Below the pieces are notes generated by a model that was given only the letters and a program-made list of their open reading frames with translations, did no database searches and had not been told where the DNA came from. From Yoonia sp. (GTDB lineage: Bacteria > Pseudomonadota > Alphaproteobacteria > Rhodobacterales > Rhodobacteraceae), in assembly GCF_028822885.1 (NCBI RefSeq), contig NZ_JAPKCP010000001.1: a stretch of 36,622 nt of DNA, one strand, 5' to 3'. The position numbers and the translations under genes were made by a program. Positions 27,205-36,622 of this stretch are shown here, piece after piece. The stretch's first letter is position 1. The number at the start of each line of letters is the position of its first letter.

Positions 27205-29460
27205 TCATGCTGGTATTTTTTTGGCCACAACACCAAGTGGTGCAATTGGCAGTGTAATGATGGCACAGGCACCCGCGTGGGTGTGGCCGTCGAAAATGGT
27301 CGCGTCCGTCAACGTCAAAGTGCCGCCGTGTTCTTCAATAATCTTCTTCACGATCGGCAACCCAAGCCCGGTCCCCTTTTCGCGTGTCGTAACGTACGGC
27401 TCAAACAAGCGAGCCCTGTCTTCTGGCAAGCCAATACCATTATCTTGAATAGTAATTTGGCACATATCTTCGGCTACCATCATCATCACCCGAATTTCAG
27501 GCCGTAAGATAGTTACTTTTCCTTTTTGCTGACCGCTCTCAATGGCTTCACCAGCGTTCTTAATCAAGTTTGTAAGCGCCTGCGAGATCATTGTACTGTC
27601 GATATCAGCCCTGACAATCTCATCCGGTAAGTCAGCAACGATCGTCACGTTTGGCTGGCCTGCTTCCTGCAAAATGACAGCATCACGAACGAGGGTCACC
27701 AAATCATTCTCACGCAACTCGGGCTCTGGCATCCGCGCAAACTTGGAAAATTCGTCAACGATGCGCCGTAAGTCATTAGTTTGGCGGACTATCACATCCG
27801 TCATTTGGTCAAGTTTTTCAGCGTCTTCCCCCACCTGCGACCGAAACTTGCGTTTAATACGTTCGGCGGACAATTGGATTGGTGTCAGTGGGTTCTTGAT
27901 CTCATGGGCAATCCGCTGCGCGACATCGCCCCAAGCAGCCATGCGTTGCGCGCTAACAAGATCAGTCACATCATCAAATGCCACAACGTATCCTTCAAGG
28001 TCCCCAATCTCGTTCCGACGCGGCGCCATACGCACAAGCAGGCTTTCTTGCTTTCCGTCTCGAATGAGATTGATCTGCTCTTGTACGACCGAGCGTTCAC
28101 CGGAAAAAAGCTTGCCAAAAAGTGGCTCGAATTCTGGGACAGTGATCGCCAACGCACCTTGTGTTTGATTTGGACCAACAGCCAGCAGCCGTTCGGCTGA
28201 CTTGTTCACAAACGTCACATTGCCGTCAGCATCTAGCCCAACGACCCCTGAAGTGACGGAACTGAGCACTGAATCAAACAAGCGTCTGCGCAGTTCAGTT
28301 GTGTTATTTGTCTCGACCAATTCGTCTCTTTGTCGCTTTAGCTGGGTCGTCATTTGGTTGAAATAATACCCAAGTTGCGCAATTTCGTCGTCGCCATCGT
28401 CTTCAATTACACGGACATCAAGATCACCGGCCCCAACCCGCTGCGACGCAGATACAAGCCGCCCCACAGGACGTGCAAGGCGTTCGGCAAACCACAGGCC
28501 CAGCCAGATTGCCGCCAAGATCAAAATGACCGCAAACCCAAGATATAAAAGGCCAAATTGAAATAGCCAGCGCCCACGTTCGTTCTCAAGCTGGTCATAA
28601 AGTGCATAGGTTTCTTTAGTTTTATCCAGAAGAAACAGCACAGATCCATCAACTTCGCGCGTGATATACAAATACCTATCAACAAAAGCCGCCAGCGGGA
28701 TGAGCGCCCGGAACTCGTTGTTGGCAGCATCCTCGATTATTGCAATGCCCGCCTCAAGTGCTTCTGCAAAATCTGCAGCGCTTGGCACCTCAAAATCGAA
28801 ACGATACGAACTCTCATCTCTTGCAACAATCTCACCACCACTGTCGATTACAAAGGCCTCGGTCAGACTACTATCAATCTGAACTTGAACTGCACGCAGC
28901 GTTTGTGCAGTTTCAGCTTGGCTCATGAAAAAAGTTTTTGTCCGCTCTTGGTTGAGGTAACGCGCAAGTCCAAACCCGTCTCGCGTCAACTCACTGCGGT
29001 GCTCAAATTCATAGGCTTGTGCCGTCGAAAGCGACGTGCTGACCACGTTGCGAACACGCTCGGAAAACCAGCTTTCAAGACCAAGATTGATCGAAAGCAT
29101 CGCAAAAATTGCTACAAGCACTGTTGGGATTAAAGCCAAAAGGCCAAAAACACCTGTTAAACGTAAGTGCAAGCGGGACCCAGCAGATTTCGCACGTCGC
29201 GCTGCAATCATTTGCGCAACACGGCGCAGCACAAGAACCGCAACGACAAGAACATAGACAAGATCTGCCAGCAGTACCAACCGCAGCATTGGCGACGATC
29301 CGCCCTGATCAAGCGGTCCAAGAACGTAAAACGTGAGCGCGGCCAAAATTGGCCCAAGCATGACCAAGCCAAGCGTGAACGCGTTCTGTACCCGCCGCCG
29401 ACGGGACCAGCGACTCAGTCGCGAAACATCAATGCCCAAAAGGGTACGCTGTGCGCGCAT
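27205..29460 (-). CDS. ntrY: Sensor histidine kinase NtrY (TM-HAMP-PAS-HisKA-HATPase)
   Basis: AGSRLHLRL, HAMP region, [40 protein letters not shown]. Confidence 0.93.
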   Translation of the reverse strand: MRAQRTLLGIDVSRLSRWSRRRRVQNAFTLGLVMLGPILAALTFYVLGPLDQGGSSPMLRLVLLADLVYVLVVAVLVLRRVAQMIAARRAKSAGSRLHLRLTGVFGLLALIPTVLVAIFAMLSINLGLESWFSERVRNVVSTSLSTAQAYEFEHRSELTRDGFGLARYLNQERTKTFFMSQAETAQTLRAVQVQIDSSLTEAFVIDSGGEIVARDESSYRFDFEVPSAADFAEALEAGIAIIEDAANNEFRALIPLAAFVDRYLYITREVDGSVLFLLDKTKETYALYDQLENERGRWLFQFGLLYLGFAVILILAAIWLGLWFAERLARPVGRLVSASQRVGAGDLDVRVIEDDGDDEIAQLGYYFNQMTTQLKRQRDELVETNNTTELRRRLFDSVLSSVTSGVVGLDADGNVTFVNKSAERLLAVGPNQTQGALAITVPEFEPLFGKLFSGERSVVQEQINLIRDGKQESLLVRMAPRRNEIGDLEGYVVAFDDVTDLVSAQRMAAWGDVAQRIAHEIKNPLTPIQLSAERIKRKFRSQVGEDAEKLDQMTDVIVRQTNDLRRIVDEFSKFARMPEPELRENDLVTLVRDAVILQEAGQPNVTIVADLPDEIVRADIDSTMISQALTNLIKNAGEAIESGQQKGKVTILRPEIRVMMMVAEDMCQITIQDNGIGLPEDRARLFEPYVTTREKGTGLGLPIVKKIIEEHGGTLTLTDATIFDGHTHAGACAIITLPIAPLGVVAKKIPA

Positions 29461-29558
29461 TGCCCTGTCTTCCCACGGGGTTACCCCCGCAATACCGCCG
29501 AGTTATGTGGTCCTTGCCAAAAGCACTGCGCCTTTGGGGCCACGGTTATGTTGCGGTT

Positions 29559-30926
29559 TTACATCAACTTACGACGGCGTGTCACGCGAATATCGAGGTC
29601 TATGATCTTCTTGCGAAGAGTATTTCGATTAATTCCTAATAAATCAGCGCATTTTGCTTGGTTTCCTGCTGTGGCATCAAGCGCAATCTCGATCAATGGC
29701 CCTTCGACCTCCTTTAGGATTCGGTTGTACAGTCCGGGTGCTGGCAGTTCACCCCCGTGTAAATCAAAGTATCGACGCAAGTGTTTTGCAACTGATCCTG
29801 ACAGCTTGTCCGTATTGTTTACTGATAAATGAGGTTCCATCGCCGGTTGATTTCCCAGTACCATCTCAACCTCGGGCCGCGATATTTCTTCTTCGCTCGC
29901 TGTGAACACAAGGCGTTTGACTGCGTTCTCTAGCTGGCGGACATTTCCCGGCCAACTGTAGGCGCGGATTAGTGCCAATGCGCTCTCACTCACCCGACGC
30001 AAAGGCGCGCCATCACGTTCGGCCCGGCCCAGAAAATGATCAGCCAACAATGGTATGTCGTCCACACGTTCGCGCAGCGGCGGCACAGCAATTGTCACGC
30101 CACCAAGCCGGTAAAACAGGTCCTCACGAAACTCGCCAGATTCGATAAGGCCAGCCAAATCCGTCCGGGATGTCGCTAAGATACGTGGGGCAGTGTCGCC
30201 GAGACTATCAAGCATCCTCACAATCTTTGCCTGCGCCAAATCGTCTAGATCGCTCACTTCATCGAACAAAAGAGAGCCACCGCGCGCGCGCGCCAAAACT
30301 GAATTCGCCCCATCCATGCCATCTAAGTCCACAGCAGACGCGCTTACAAACGGCAAATTTCGGCGATCAGAGAAATCGTGAATCGCTTTCGCAATCAGAG
30401 ATTTACCCGTCCCACTTTCACCCGTGACCAGAACAGGCATCGACGTATTCATTACCCGCGCGACAAGCCGGTAAAGCCCCTGCATCGCGGGTGTGCGACC
30501 AACAAGCGGGAGGTCAGACGTCGCACTCGCGCTACCTTCTGGTCGCTGCTGTGGGACACGACGCTTGATCTCAAGTGCACGGGCCGCCCGTTTCATCAAG
30601 TCAGGCAGATCAAATGGCTTTGGAAGATAGTCGTAAGCGTCTGCTTCTGCTGCCTGAATCGCAGTCATTATTGTGTTTTGAGCAGAAATCACGATGACTG
30701 GTAACCCCGGTCGCGCTGCTGAGATCAGTGGTAATTGCTCAAGCCCGTTTCCGTCTGGCATCACCACATCAGAGATCACAAGATCACCTTTGCCCTCTTC
30801 TACCCACCGCATCAGGGTCACCAAAGACGATGTCGCATGAACCTTGCAGCCCGCGCGCGTCAATGCTTGCGTCAGCACTGTCCGAATCGTGCGATCATCA
30901 TCAGCAACGAGCACTGTTCCGTCCAT
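29559..30926 (-). CDS. ntrC: Nitrogen regulation response regulator NtrC
   Basis: REC (DVVMPD, SAQNT, YLPKPFD), Walker [43 protein letters not shown]. Confidence 0.94.
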   Translation of the reverse strand: MDGTVLVADDDRTIRTVLTQALTRAGCKVHATSSLVTLMRWVEEGKGDLVISDVVMPDGNGLEQLPLISAARPGLPVIVISAQNTIMTAIQAAEADAYDYLPKPFDLPDLMKRAARALEIKRRVPQQRPEGSASATSDLPLVGRTPAMQGLYRLVARVMNTSMPVLVTGESGTGKSLIAKAIHDFSDRRNLPFVSASAVDLDGMDGANSVLARARGGSLLFDEVSDLDDLAQAKIVRMLDSLGDTAPRILATSRTDLAGLIESGEFREDLFYRLGGVTIAVPPLRERVDDIPLLADHFLGRAERDGAPLRRVSESALALIRAYSWPGNVRQLENAVKRLVFTASEEEISRPEVEMVLGNQPAMEPHLSVNNTDKLSGSVAKHLRRYFDLHGGELPAPGLYNRILKEVEGPLIEIALDATAGNQAKCADLLGINRNTLRKKIIDLDIRVTRRRKLM

Positions 30927-32008
30927 CAGGTCTGTCCTTCTTCAAGTATGTCGTCAGTTTGTGCCACGGGCAAAGACACCCGAAACGTCGTGCGCCCCGG
31001 CGTGCTATCAACCGAAATCCAGCCACCGTTTTCGCCAATCAGCTTAGAAACAAGCGCAAGACCAAGCCCCGTCCCATTCTCGCGACCCGAGACAAAGGGT
31101 TCAAAAATGTCATTGGCAATTCCTGGTGGCAAGCCCGGTCCATCGTCAATAATTTCGATTTGCAATGGCAACTGGGCTGTCGTGCCATCCAATCGCGACA
31201 CCCGCAAAGAGGGGTCATAGAATGTGTGTAACGTAATTTTTCCACCCGGCCCACCGACCTCTGCCGCGTTTTTGATTAAGTTTAGCAAAACTTGCAAAAG
31301 CTGGTCTGAATCAGCCTTTGTGGATGGCAGGGAGGGGTCATAGTCTTCCACGAACATCATATGCGCGGCAACACCCACTGACGCTGAACGCCGCGCCCGA
31401 TCAAGGACGTCGTGAATATTTACAGTTACAAGATTTGGTGGCTGCAGATTGCCAAATTGTTCAACCTGTTCAAGAAGCTTCACGATCCTGCGGCTTTCAA
31501 CCACGATCAGATCGGTCATCTCTTGATCTTCGGACGTTAGCCCCATCGAAAGTAGTTGTGCCGCGCCAGTGATTCCCGCCAGTGGGTTCTTAATCTCATG
31601 CGCGAGCATTTCAGCCATACCAATCGCCGATTTTGCGGCCTTAGAGGAATTCTCATTTTGCACCAATCGACTCGCAATTTCACGCGGACTGATCATCATG
31701 ATCATTGCGTCGTCTGTGCCCTGAAGCGGTGCAATCTGCACATTGCAATGCATGGGCGCGCGCATACCTGACCCCACATCAACATCATTCACGAACAGCG
31801 AGGTCCGGTTCCGCCTTGCCCGCGCGAAAGCGAGTTCAAGAGGCGCATTAATCATCACCTTTTCCCACAAGTTCGCACCATTCAGAACCTTTGCTGAAAG
31901 GTTCAGAAATGTCTCAGCGGCACCGTTGCTGGCCATGATGACGTCGTCCCCATCAAGTAAAAGTGCTGGAACTGGGAGCGATGACCAAAGGGCTGCGTCG
32001 TTAATCAT
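30926..32008 (-). CDS. ntrB: Nitrogen regulation sensor kinase NtrB
   Basis: [40 protein letters not shown]; between dusB and ntrC. Confidence 0.93.
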   Translation of the reverse strand: MINDAALWSSLPVPALLLDGDDVIMASNGAAETFLNLSAKVLNGANLWEKVMINAPLELAFARARRNRTSLFVNDVDVGSGMRAPMHCNVQIAPLQGTDDAMIMMISPREIASRLVQNENSSKAAKSAIGMAEMLAHEIKNPLAGITGAAQLLSMGLTSEDQEMTDLIVVESRRIVKLLEQVEQFGNLQPPNLVTVNIHDVLDRARRSASVGVAAHMMFVEDYDPSLPSTKADSDQLLQVLLNLIKNAAEVGGPGGKITLHTFYDPSLRVSRLDGTTAQLPLQIEIIDDGPGLPPGIANDIFEPFVSGRENGTGLGLALVSKLIGENGGWISVDSTPGRTTFRVSLPVAQTDDILEEGQT

Positions 32009-33000
32009 GCGGCAACCTGCTTGGTGGTGGTCAGCGCGTCAGGCAATAATCTCAGCACCTGCGCAGGATCTTTATCCATCAGAATCGCCTTGCGAAGCGC
32101 TGTCTCAGTCTGAGCATCATCCATGTACCATCCAAGATGTTTACGCGACACCTTGCGACCCATCTCCACACCGTAGAACGTCAGCATTGCCTCGTAGTGC
32201 GCTGATACTAGACCTATAAGATCATTTCCTTGCGGTGGGTCCATTACAACACCACCCGCAAGTTCGGCCGCTACTTGCGCCAACTTCCAAGGCCGACCTT
32301 GCGCCCCACGTCCGATCATTATGCCGTCCGCATGCGATAATTTCAGCGCCTGCATGCCGGTTTGCGCGTCTACAATGTCACCATTTGCGATGACGGGAAT
32401 GCTTACGGCGTCTTTGATTTGGCGAATGGCCGCCCAATCAGCTGCCCCTTTGTAGAACTGACACCGAGTCCGACCATGAATTGTGACCAGCCTAATACCA
32501 GCATCCTCAGCTCGTTTTGCCACCAACGCGGCGTTGAGAGAATCGTGATCCCATCCCAGACGGGTTTTTAACGTGACGGGTATGTCCACTGCGGCAACCA
32601 CTGCTTCAATCAACGACAATGCGTGATCAGGGTCTTTTAACAAAGCAGACCCAGAATAGCCCGTTGTCACGCGTTTAGCGGGACAACCCATGTTGATATC
32701 AATGATCGCAGCCCCATTGCCTGCAACAATTTTTGCAGCCTCAGCCATCCATTGCGCGTCACGCCCAGCAAGCTGCACAGCCGTGCCGTCTTGGTCAAAT
32801 CCAAGCTCGGCACGTTCGCGCACGCCGGGCTTGGCTTGCACCATCTCTTGTGACGCGACCATCTCACTAACGACCCAAGATGCACCGAAAGATGCAACCA
32901 GTTGGCGAAACGGCAGGTCCGTGATTCCCGCAAGCGGCGCTAAGACCACAGGGGTACAATCAGACTTACCGTTAATGATATCGAGGAAATCGTGGCTCAC
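32005..33000 (-). CDS. dusB: tRNA dihydrouridine synthase DusB (NifR3)
   Basis: [47 protein letters not shown]. Confidence 0.94.
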   Translation of the reverse strand: MSHDFLDIINGKSDCTPVVLAPLAGITDLPFRQLVASFGASWVVSEMVASQEMVQAKPGVRERAELGFDQDGTAVQLAGRDAQWMAEAAKIVAGNGAAIIDINMGCPAKRVTTGYSGSALLKDPDHALSLIEAVVAAVDIPVTLKTRLGWDHDSLNAALVAKRAEDAGIRLVTIHGRTRCQFYKGAADWAAIRQIKDAVSIPVIANGDIVDAQTGMQALKLSHADGIMIGRGAQGRPWKLAQVAAELAGGVVMDPPQGNDLIGLVSAHYEAMLTFYGVEMGRKVSRKHLGWYMDDAQTETALRKAILMDKDPAQVLRLLPDALTTTKQVAA

Positions 33001-33066
33001 ACATGCCTGCTTTCAGTTGAAGATATACAAAATTTACCTGTCTTGATCCCAAACAACAACTCCCCG

Positions 33067-33112
33067 CGCACAAAAAAGCAGCGTAATTTATAATATGCAT
33101 AAAAATTAATCG
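33067..33112. promoter_or_regulatory. Putative tandem NtrC-type binding sites in the dusB/ispDF divergent promoter
   Basis: 17-mers CGCACAAAAAAGCAGCG (33067-33083) and TGCATAAAAATTAATCG (33096-33112) resemble TGCAC-N7-GTGCA with A-tract centres. Confidence 0.5.
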
Positions 33113-33187
33113 CATTGACTATGCAAATGTCGGAATTGCGTCGGTGGTAGGGAACGCCTACACCTATCGAGATACAAAGGATAACCA

Positions 33188-34318
33188 ATGACAACTGCTG
33201 CCATCATCGTTGCTGCCGGTCGCGGTACGCGCGCAGGGGGTGATATTCCCAAGCAATGGCAACAGCTTGGTGATAAATCCGTCGCTGCACATGCTCTTGG
33301 CCACTTTGCCAATCACCCCAAAGTTGATCATTTGGTCCTCGTTTTGCATACCGATGATTTTGACAGCACATTTTGGCCCCGTGACCATCCCATGATTGTG
33401 ACAAAGGGTGGCGCAACCCGCAGTCAGTCCGTGCTTAACGGTCTGCGGGCCGTTCCCGATGGCACAACCCGCGTCCTCATTCATGATGCTGCCCGCCCAC
33501 ACGTATCTGCCGCGCTGATTGATCGTGTCCTGTCGGCGCTAGATACCAATGTTGCTGCAGCCCCGGCGGTTACTGTGACCGATACGCTTTGGCATGGCGC
33601 AGGCGATCATGTGATCGGCACGCAAGATCGCGCCGGGCTGTATCGTGCACAAACACCGCAAGGGTTTCATCTGGCCCCTTTGCTGGCCGCTTATGCCGCC
33701 CATCCCGAAGCTACCGATGACGTCACCATTGCGCGCCTTGCTGGGCTAGACGTGGCCATTGTTCCGGGCGATGAGGATAATCTGAAAATTACCGGCCCGG
33801 ATGATCACGCCCGCGCCGTCCGTATCTTAGGGACTAAAATGGATATACGACTTGGCAATGGCTACGATGTGCACCGTTTTGGTGATGGCGATCATGTGTG
33901 GCTATGTGGCGTAAAAATTAAACATACCCGTAGCTTACAAGGTCATTCTGATGCAGATGTTGGGATGCACGCAGTTACAGACGCGATTTACGGGGCATTG
34001 GGTCAAGGCGACATTGGACAGCACTTTCCGCCAAGCGATCCACAGTGGAAAGGCGCCTCTAGCCATATTTTCTTGGAACACGCGGTTGAATTGGCGCGCG
34101 CTGAGGGGTTTGAGGTTTCTAACGTGGATTGCACGTTGGTCTGCGAATACCCGAAGATCGGCCCACATCAGACTGAAATGAAAGCACAAATGGCGAAAAT
34201 TATGGGAATAGATGCTTCAAGGGTGAGCGTGAAGGCCACAACCTCAGAACGGCTTGGGTTCACTGGTCGCTCAGAAGGGATCGCGAGCCTTGCTACAGCC
34301 GCGTTGATCAAACAATGA
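33188..34318 (+). CDS. ispDF: Bifunctional IspD/IspF (MEP cytidylyltransferase / MEcPP synthase)
   Basis: [30 protein letters not shown]; then [37 protein letters not shown]. Confidence 0.96.
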   Translation: MTTAAIIVAAGRGTRAGGDIPKQWQQLGDKSVAAHALGHFANHPKVDHLVLVLHTDDFDSTFWPRDHPMIVTKGGATRSQSVLNGLRAVPDGTTRVLIHDAARPHVSAALIDRVLSALDTNVAAAPAVTVTDTLWHGAGDHVIGTQDRAGLYRAQTPQGFHLAPLLAAYAAHPEATDDVTIARLAGLDVAIVPGDEDNLKITGPDDHARAVRILGTKMDIRLGNGYDVHRFGDGDHVWLCGVKIKHTRSLQGHSDADVGMHAVTDAIYGALGQGDIGQHFPPSDPQWKGASSHIFLEHAVELARAEGFEVSNVDCTLVCEYPKIGPHQTEMKAQMAKIMGIDASRVSVKATTSERLGFTGRSEGIASLATAALIKQ

Positions 34319-34803
34319 GCAATCTCATCGCAACGTTCTTTTATATCGGCCACTTACGACCTGCGCCCGGCACTTGGGGATCATTCGCGGCACTGCCCGC
34401 CGCGTTAATCCTTTACGCGGTTGGTGGTCCTTGGGCCGTGGTGATCGGGGTTTTCGTCACCTATGTCCTCGGCCATTGGGCCACGACCGTTGAGACACGG
34501 GGCAAAGACAACCACGATCCATCTGAAATTGTGATTGATGAGGTCTGCGGTCAGTGGATCGCGCTGCTACCAGTCTTGTTTGGTGCTGCAAATAATAGTG
34601 TTCCCGTGCTGGATTTGTGGCCCGGTTGGATTGCGGCGTTTGTGCTGTTTCGCCTGTTTGATATTACAAAGGTCGGCCCTATTGGCTGGGCGGATAAGCG
34701 TGATGATGCAACGGGTGTGATGTTGGACGATGTGGTTGCTGGTGTTTTCGCAGCAATTTGTGTGATCATCCTAGCCGGCCTATATCACGTCGTGCTCCCA
34801 TGA
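34315..34803 (+). CDS. pgpA: Phosphatidylglycerophosphatase A
   Basis: [39 protein letters not shown]. Confidence 0.93.
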   Translation: MSNLIATFFYIGHLRPAPGTWGSFAALPAALILYAVGGPWAVVIGVFVTYVLGHWATTVETRGKDNHDPSEIVIDEVCGQWIALLPVLFGAANNSVPVLDLWPGWIAAFVLFRLFDITKVGPIGWADKRDDATGVMLDDVVAGVFAAICVIILAGLYHVVLP

Positions 34804-35282
34804 TTGCCGCTGACCTGTTGGAGATCGCCCGTTCAAAAGGCGTGATGATTACAACCGCCGAAAGCTGCACAGGTGGATTGATTGCAGTTGCAATTACTGA
34901 AATCCCGGGTAGCTCTGCAATGTTTGACCGTGGATTTGTGACTTACAGCAATGACGCCAAAACTGAGATGCTGGGCGTGCCGTTCACCCTCATCACCGAC
35001 CATGGCGCCGTGTCCCAGCCCGTCGCAGAAGCTATGGCGCAGGGCGCGCTGTCGCGCTCAAAGGCCGGTATTGCGATATCAGTCACAGGTGTTGCGGGTC
35101 CGGGCGGCACGCCAGAGAAACCCGAAGGTATGGTGTGCTTTGGGATCGCGACAGCAGACGGTGTGCAAAGTGAGACGCAGCAATTTGGTGCGATTGGACG
35201 CGCCCAAGTCCGTGCCAAAACGGTCGATCATGCTTTACTGCTGTGCATCAAGGCGTTGACTACACTTACGTCTGATAAATAA
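34800..35282 (+). CDS. CinA family protein (CinA C-terminal domain; NMN deamidase PncC-like)
   Basis: TAESCTGGL, GSS, FVTYSNDAK, HGAVS, AMAQGA, SVTGVAGPGG; ATG 34800 overlaps the pgpA stop (ATGA). Confidence 0.9.
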   Translation: MIAADLLEIARSKGVMITTAESCTGGLIAVAITEIPGSSAMFDRGFVTYSNDAKTEMLGVPFTLITDHGAVSQPVAEAMAQGALSRSKAGIAISVTGVAGPGGTPEKPEGMVCFGIATADGVQSETQQFGAIGRAQVRAKTVDHALLLCIKALTTLTSDK

Positions 35283-35299
35283 GCGCGCACCAGAAATAC

Positions 35300-35343
35300 T
35301 GCTTATTATTTAATCATTTCACAAACCGCCCATCATTCGTGCA
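35300..35343 (+). promoter_or_regulatory. Putative NtrC binding sites upstream of the ammonium transporter
   Basis: CGCCCATCATTCGTGCA (35327-35343) and a weaker TGCTTATTATTTAATCA (35300-35316), both 17-bp NtrC-like dyads. Confidence 0.5.
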
Positions 35344-35430
35344 TCAAAAATCACTAGTGCCACTTTTCCATGCAGTTCGAATCCCGCACTCCCCAACATC
35401 AACGGGAAAACCCAATTGACGGAGAGTATT

Positions 35431-36609
35431 ATGAACGGAGCGGATACCGCTTGGATGATCGTGGCAACAGCACTGGTGCTGTTTATGACGCTGCCCGGTC
35501 TAGCCTTATTTTACGGCGGCCTTGTACGGTCGCGCAACGTGCTCAGCGTTTTCATGCACTGCTATGCCATCGCCTGTTTGATGAGCATTCTGTGGTTTGC
35601 CTTTGGCTATTCCATCGCATTTGGAAGCGGAACAAGCGGCATCTGGGGCGGTTTGGACAAGGCATTCCTGAACGGTGTCGATCTTGAAAGCATTTCTGGC
35701 ACCATCCCTGAAATACTATTTTTCGCTTTCCAGATGACCTTTGCGATTATCACGCCTGCCTTGATCGTCGGTGCCTATGTGGAGCGGATCGGCTTTGGCT
35801 TTGTGTTGTTGTTTTCATCACTTTGGATGCTACTGTGCTACGCACCTGTCGTGCATTGGGTCTGGGGCGGCGGTATGCTGGCCAACGGGATGATCTTTGA
35901 AACCGCTGTTATGGATTTTGCTGGTGGTATCGTCGTGCATGAAACTGCTGGTTTGGCAGCCCTCATCCTTGCTGTGTTCCTTGGGGCACGCAAAGTCGCA
36001 ACAAAGCCGCCCCATAATCCGGGCATGGTTATGATCGGCGCTGCAATGCTGTGGGTTGGTTGGTTTGGCTTTAATGGCGGATCACAATTGGCGGCTGATG
36101 CTGGTGCTGCGATGGCGCTGACTGTCACGCACTTGTCTGCTGCAGCAGCGTCCCTAACATGGGCCTTGTGGGAAAAGATTAAGTTCGGGAAAGCCTCCCT
36201 CGTTGGAATCGTGACTGGTACAATCGCGGGTCTGGCCTCTGTCACCCCTGCCTCCGGATTTATCACGCCGATCCAAGCCCTCATCATCGGCGCGGTCGCA
36301 GGTGTTTTGTGTCAGGAAGCTGTGAACTTTATCCGTAACAAGGTGAGCATCGACGACACATTGGATGTTTTTGCGGTCCACGGTGTTGGCGGTATATTCG
36401 GTACGATCATGATTGCGGTCTTTGGGATCGGGTCATGGGCGTCACAGCTGGGCGCACTTGCAATTGTAGGCGCTTTCACGACCGTCATGACAGTCGCGCT
36501 GATTTACATTTGCAAAGCCATCACGCCACTGCGGGTCGATGAAGAGATCGAATACGGCGGGCTAGATTTGGCTGTGCATGGTGAGCGGGCTTACGACATC
36601 ACCAGCTAA
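35431..36609 (+). CDS. amt: Ammonium transporter (Amt family)
   Basis: DTAW, PGLALFYGG, FQMTFA, DFAGGIVVH, LWVGWFGFNGGS, DDTLDVFAVHG, GLDLAVHGE. ATG 35431 with GGAGAG RBS. Confidence 0.95.
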   Translation: MNGADTAWMIVATALVLFMTLPGLALFYGGLVRSRNVLSVFMHCYAIACLMSILWFAFGYSIAFGSGTSGIWGGLDKAFLNGVDLESISGTIPEILFFAFQMTFAIITPALIVGAYVERIGFGFVLLFSSLWMLLCYAPVVHWVWGGGMLANGMIFETAVMDFAGGIVVHETAGLAALILAVFLGARKVATKPPHNPGMVMIGAAMLWVGWFGFNGGSQLAADAGAAMALTVTHLSAAAASLTWALWEKIKFGKASLVGIVTGTIAGLASVTPASGFITPIQALIIGAVAGVLCQEAVNFIRNKVSIDDTLDVFAVHGVGGIFGTIMIAVFGIGSWASQLGALAIVGAFTTVMTVALIYICKAITPLRVDEEIEYGGLDLAVHGERAYDITS

Positions 36610-36622
36610 GATTCACAAAATA

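Noticed and set aside
29527..29542. GG-N10-GC on the minus strand upstream of ntrY as a sigma54 promoter
   Set aside because: Poor match to TGGCAC-N5-TTGC, and neither local activator has GAFTGA.
1..36622. CRISPR arrays, IS elements, prophage genes, tRNA/rRNA genes, REP-like repeat family
   Set aside because: No regularly spaced repeats, no transposase, integrase or phage ORFs and no cloverleaf-like spacers seen; the intergenic hairpins share no extended sequence.

Overview
A 36.6-kb, mostly core-genome window from an alphaproteobacterium. Gene order and protein features point to Rhodobacteraceae/Roseobacter group (inference). In order it contains: the phosphate cluster (phoR-pstS-pstC-pstA-pstB-phoU', with Pho boxes upstream of pstS); yicC-gmk-gamma carbonic anhydrase; a divergent PAS-like gene with CtrA-like boxes; class II DAHP synthase; a GlxA/AraC regulator; an accessory TbpB-like lipoprotein gene whose signal peptide appears broken; a Liv-type ABC transporter with an extra small secreted-protein gene; a penicillin-acylase-family Ntn hydrolase; the conserved dusB-ntrB-ntrC-ntrY-ntrX-trkA-trkH-hfq-hflX cluster; and ispDF-pgpA-cinA plus an ammonium transporter. 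I saw no RNA genes, IS elements or CRISPR arrays, and no clearly new multi-gene system. The most interesting points are the orphan, apparently frameshifted surface-lipoprotein gene (11.6-12.8 kb), the PAS-like protein with CtrA-like boxes and an SspB-like C-terminal tail, and the small secreted protein inside the liv operon. All calls are by eye; no database searches were run.
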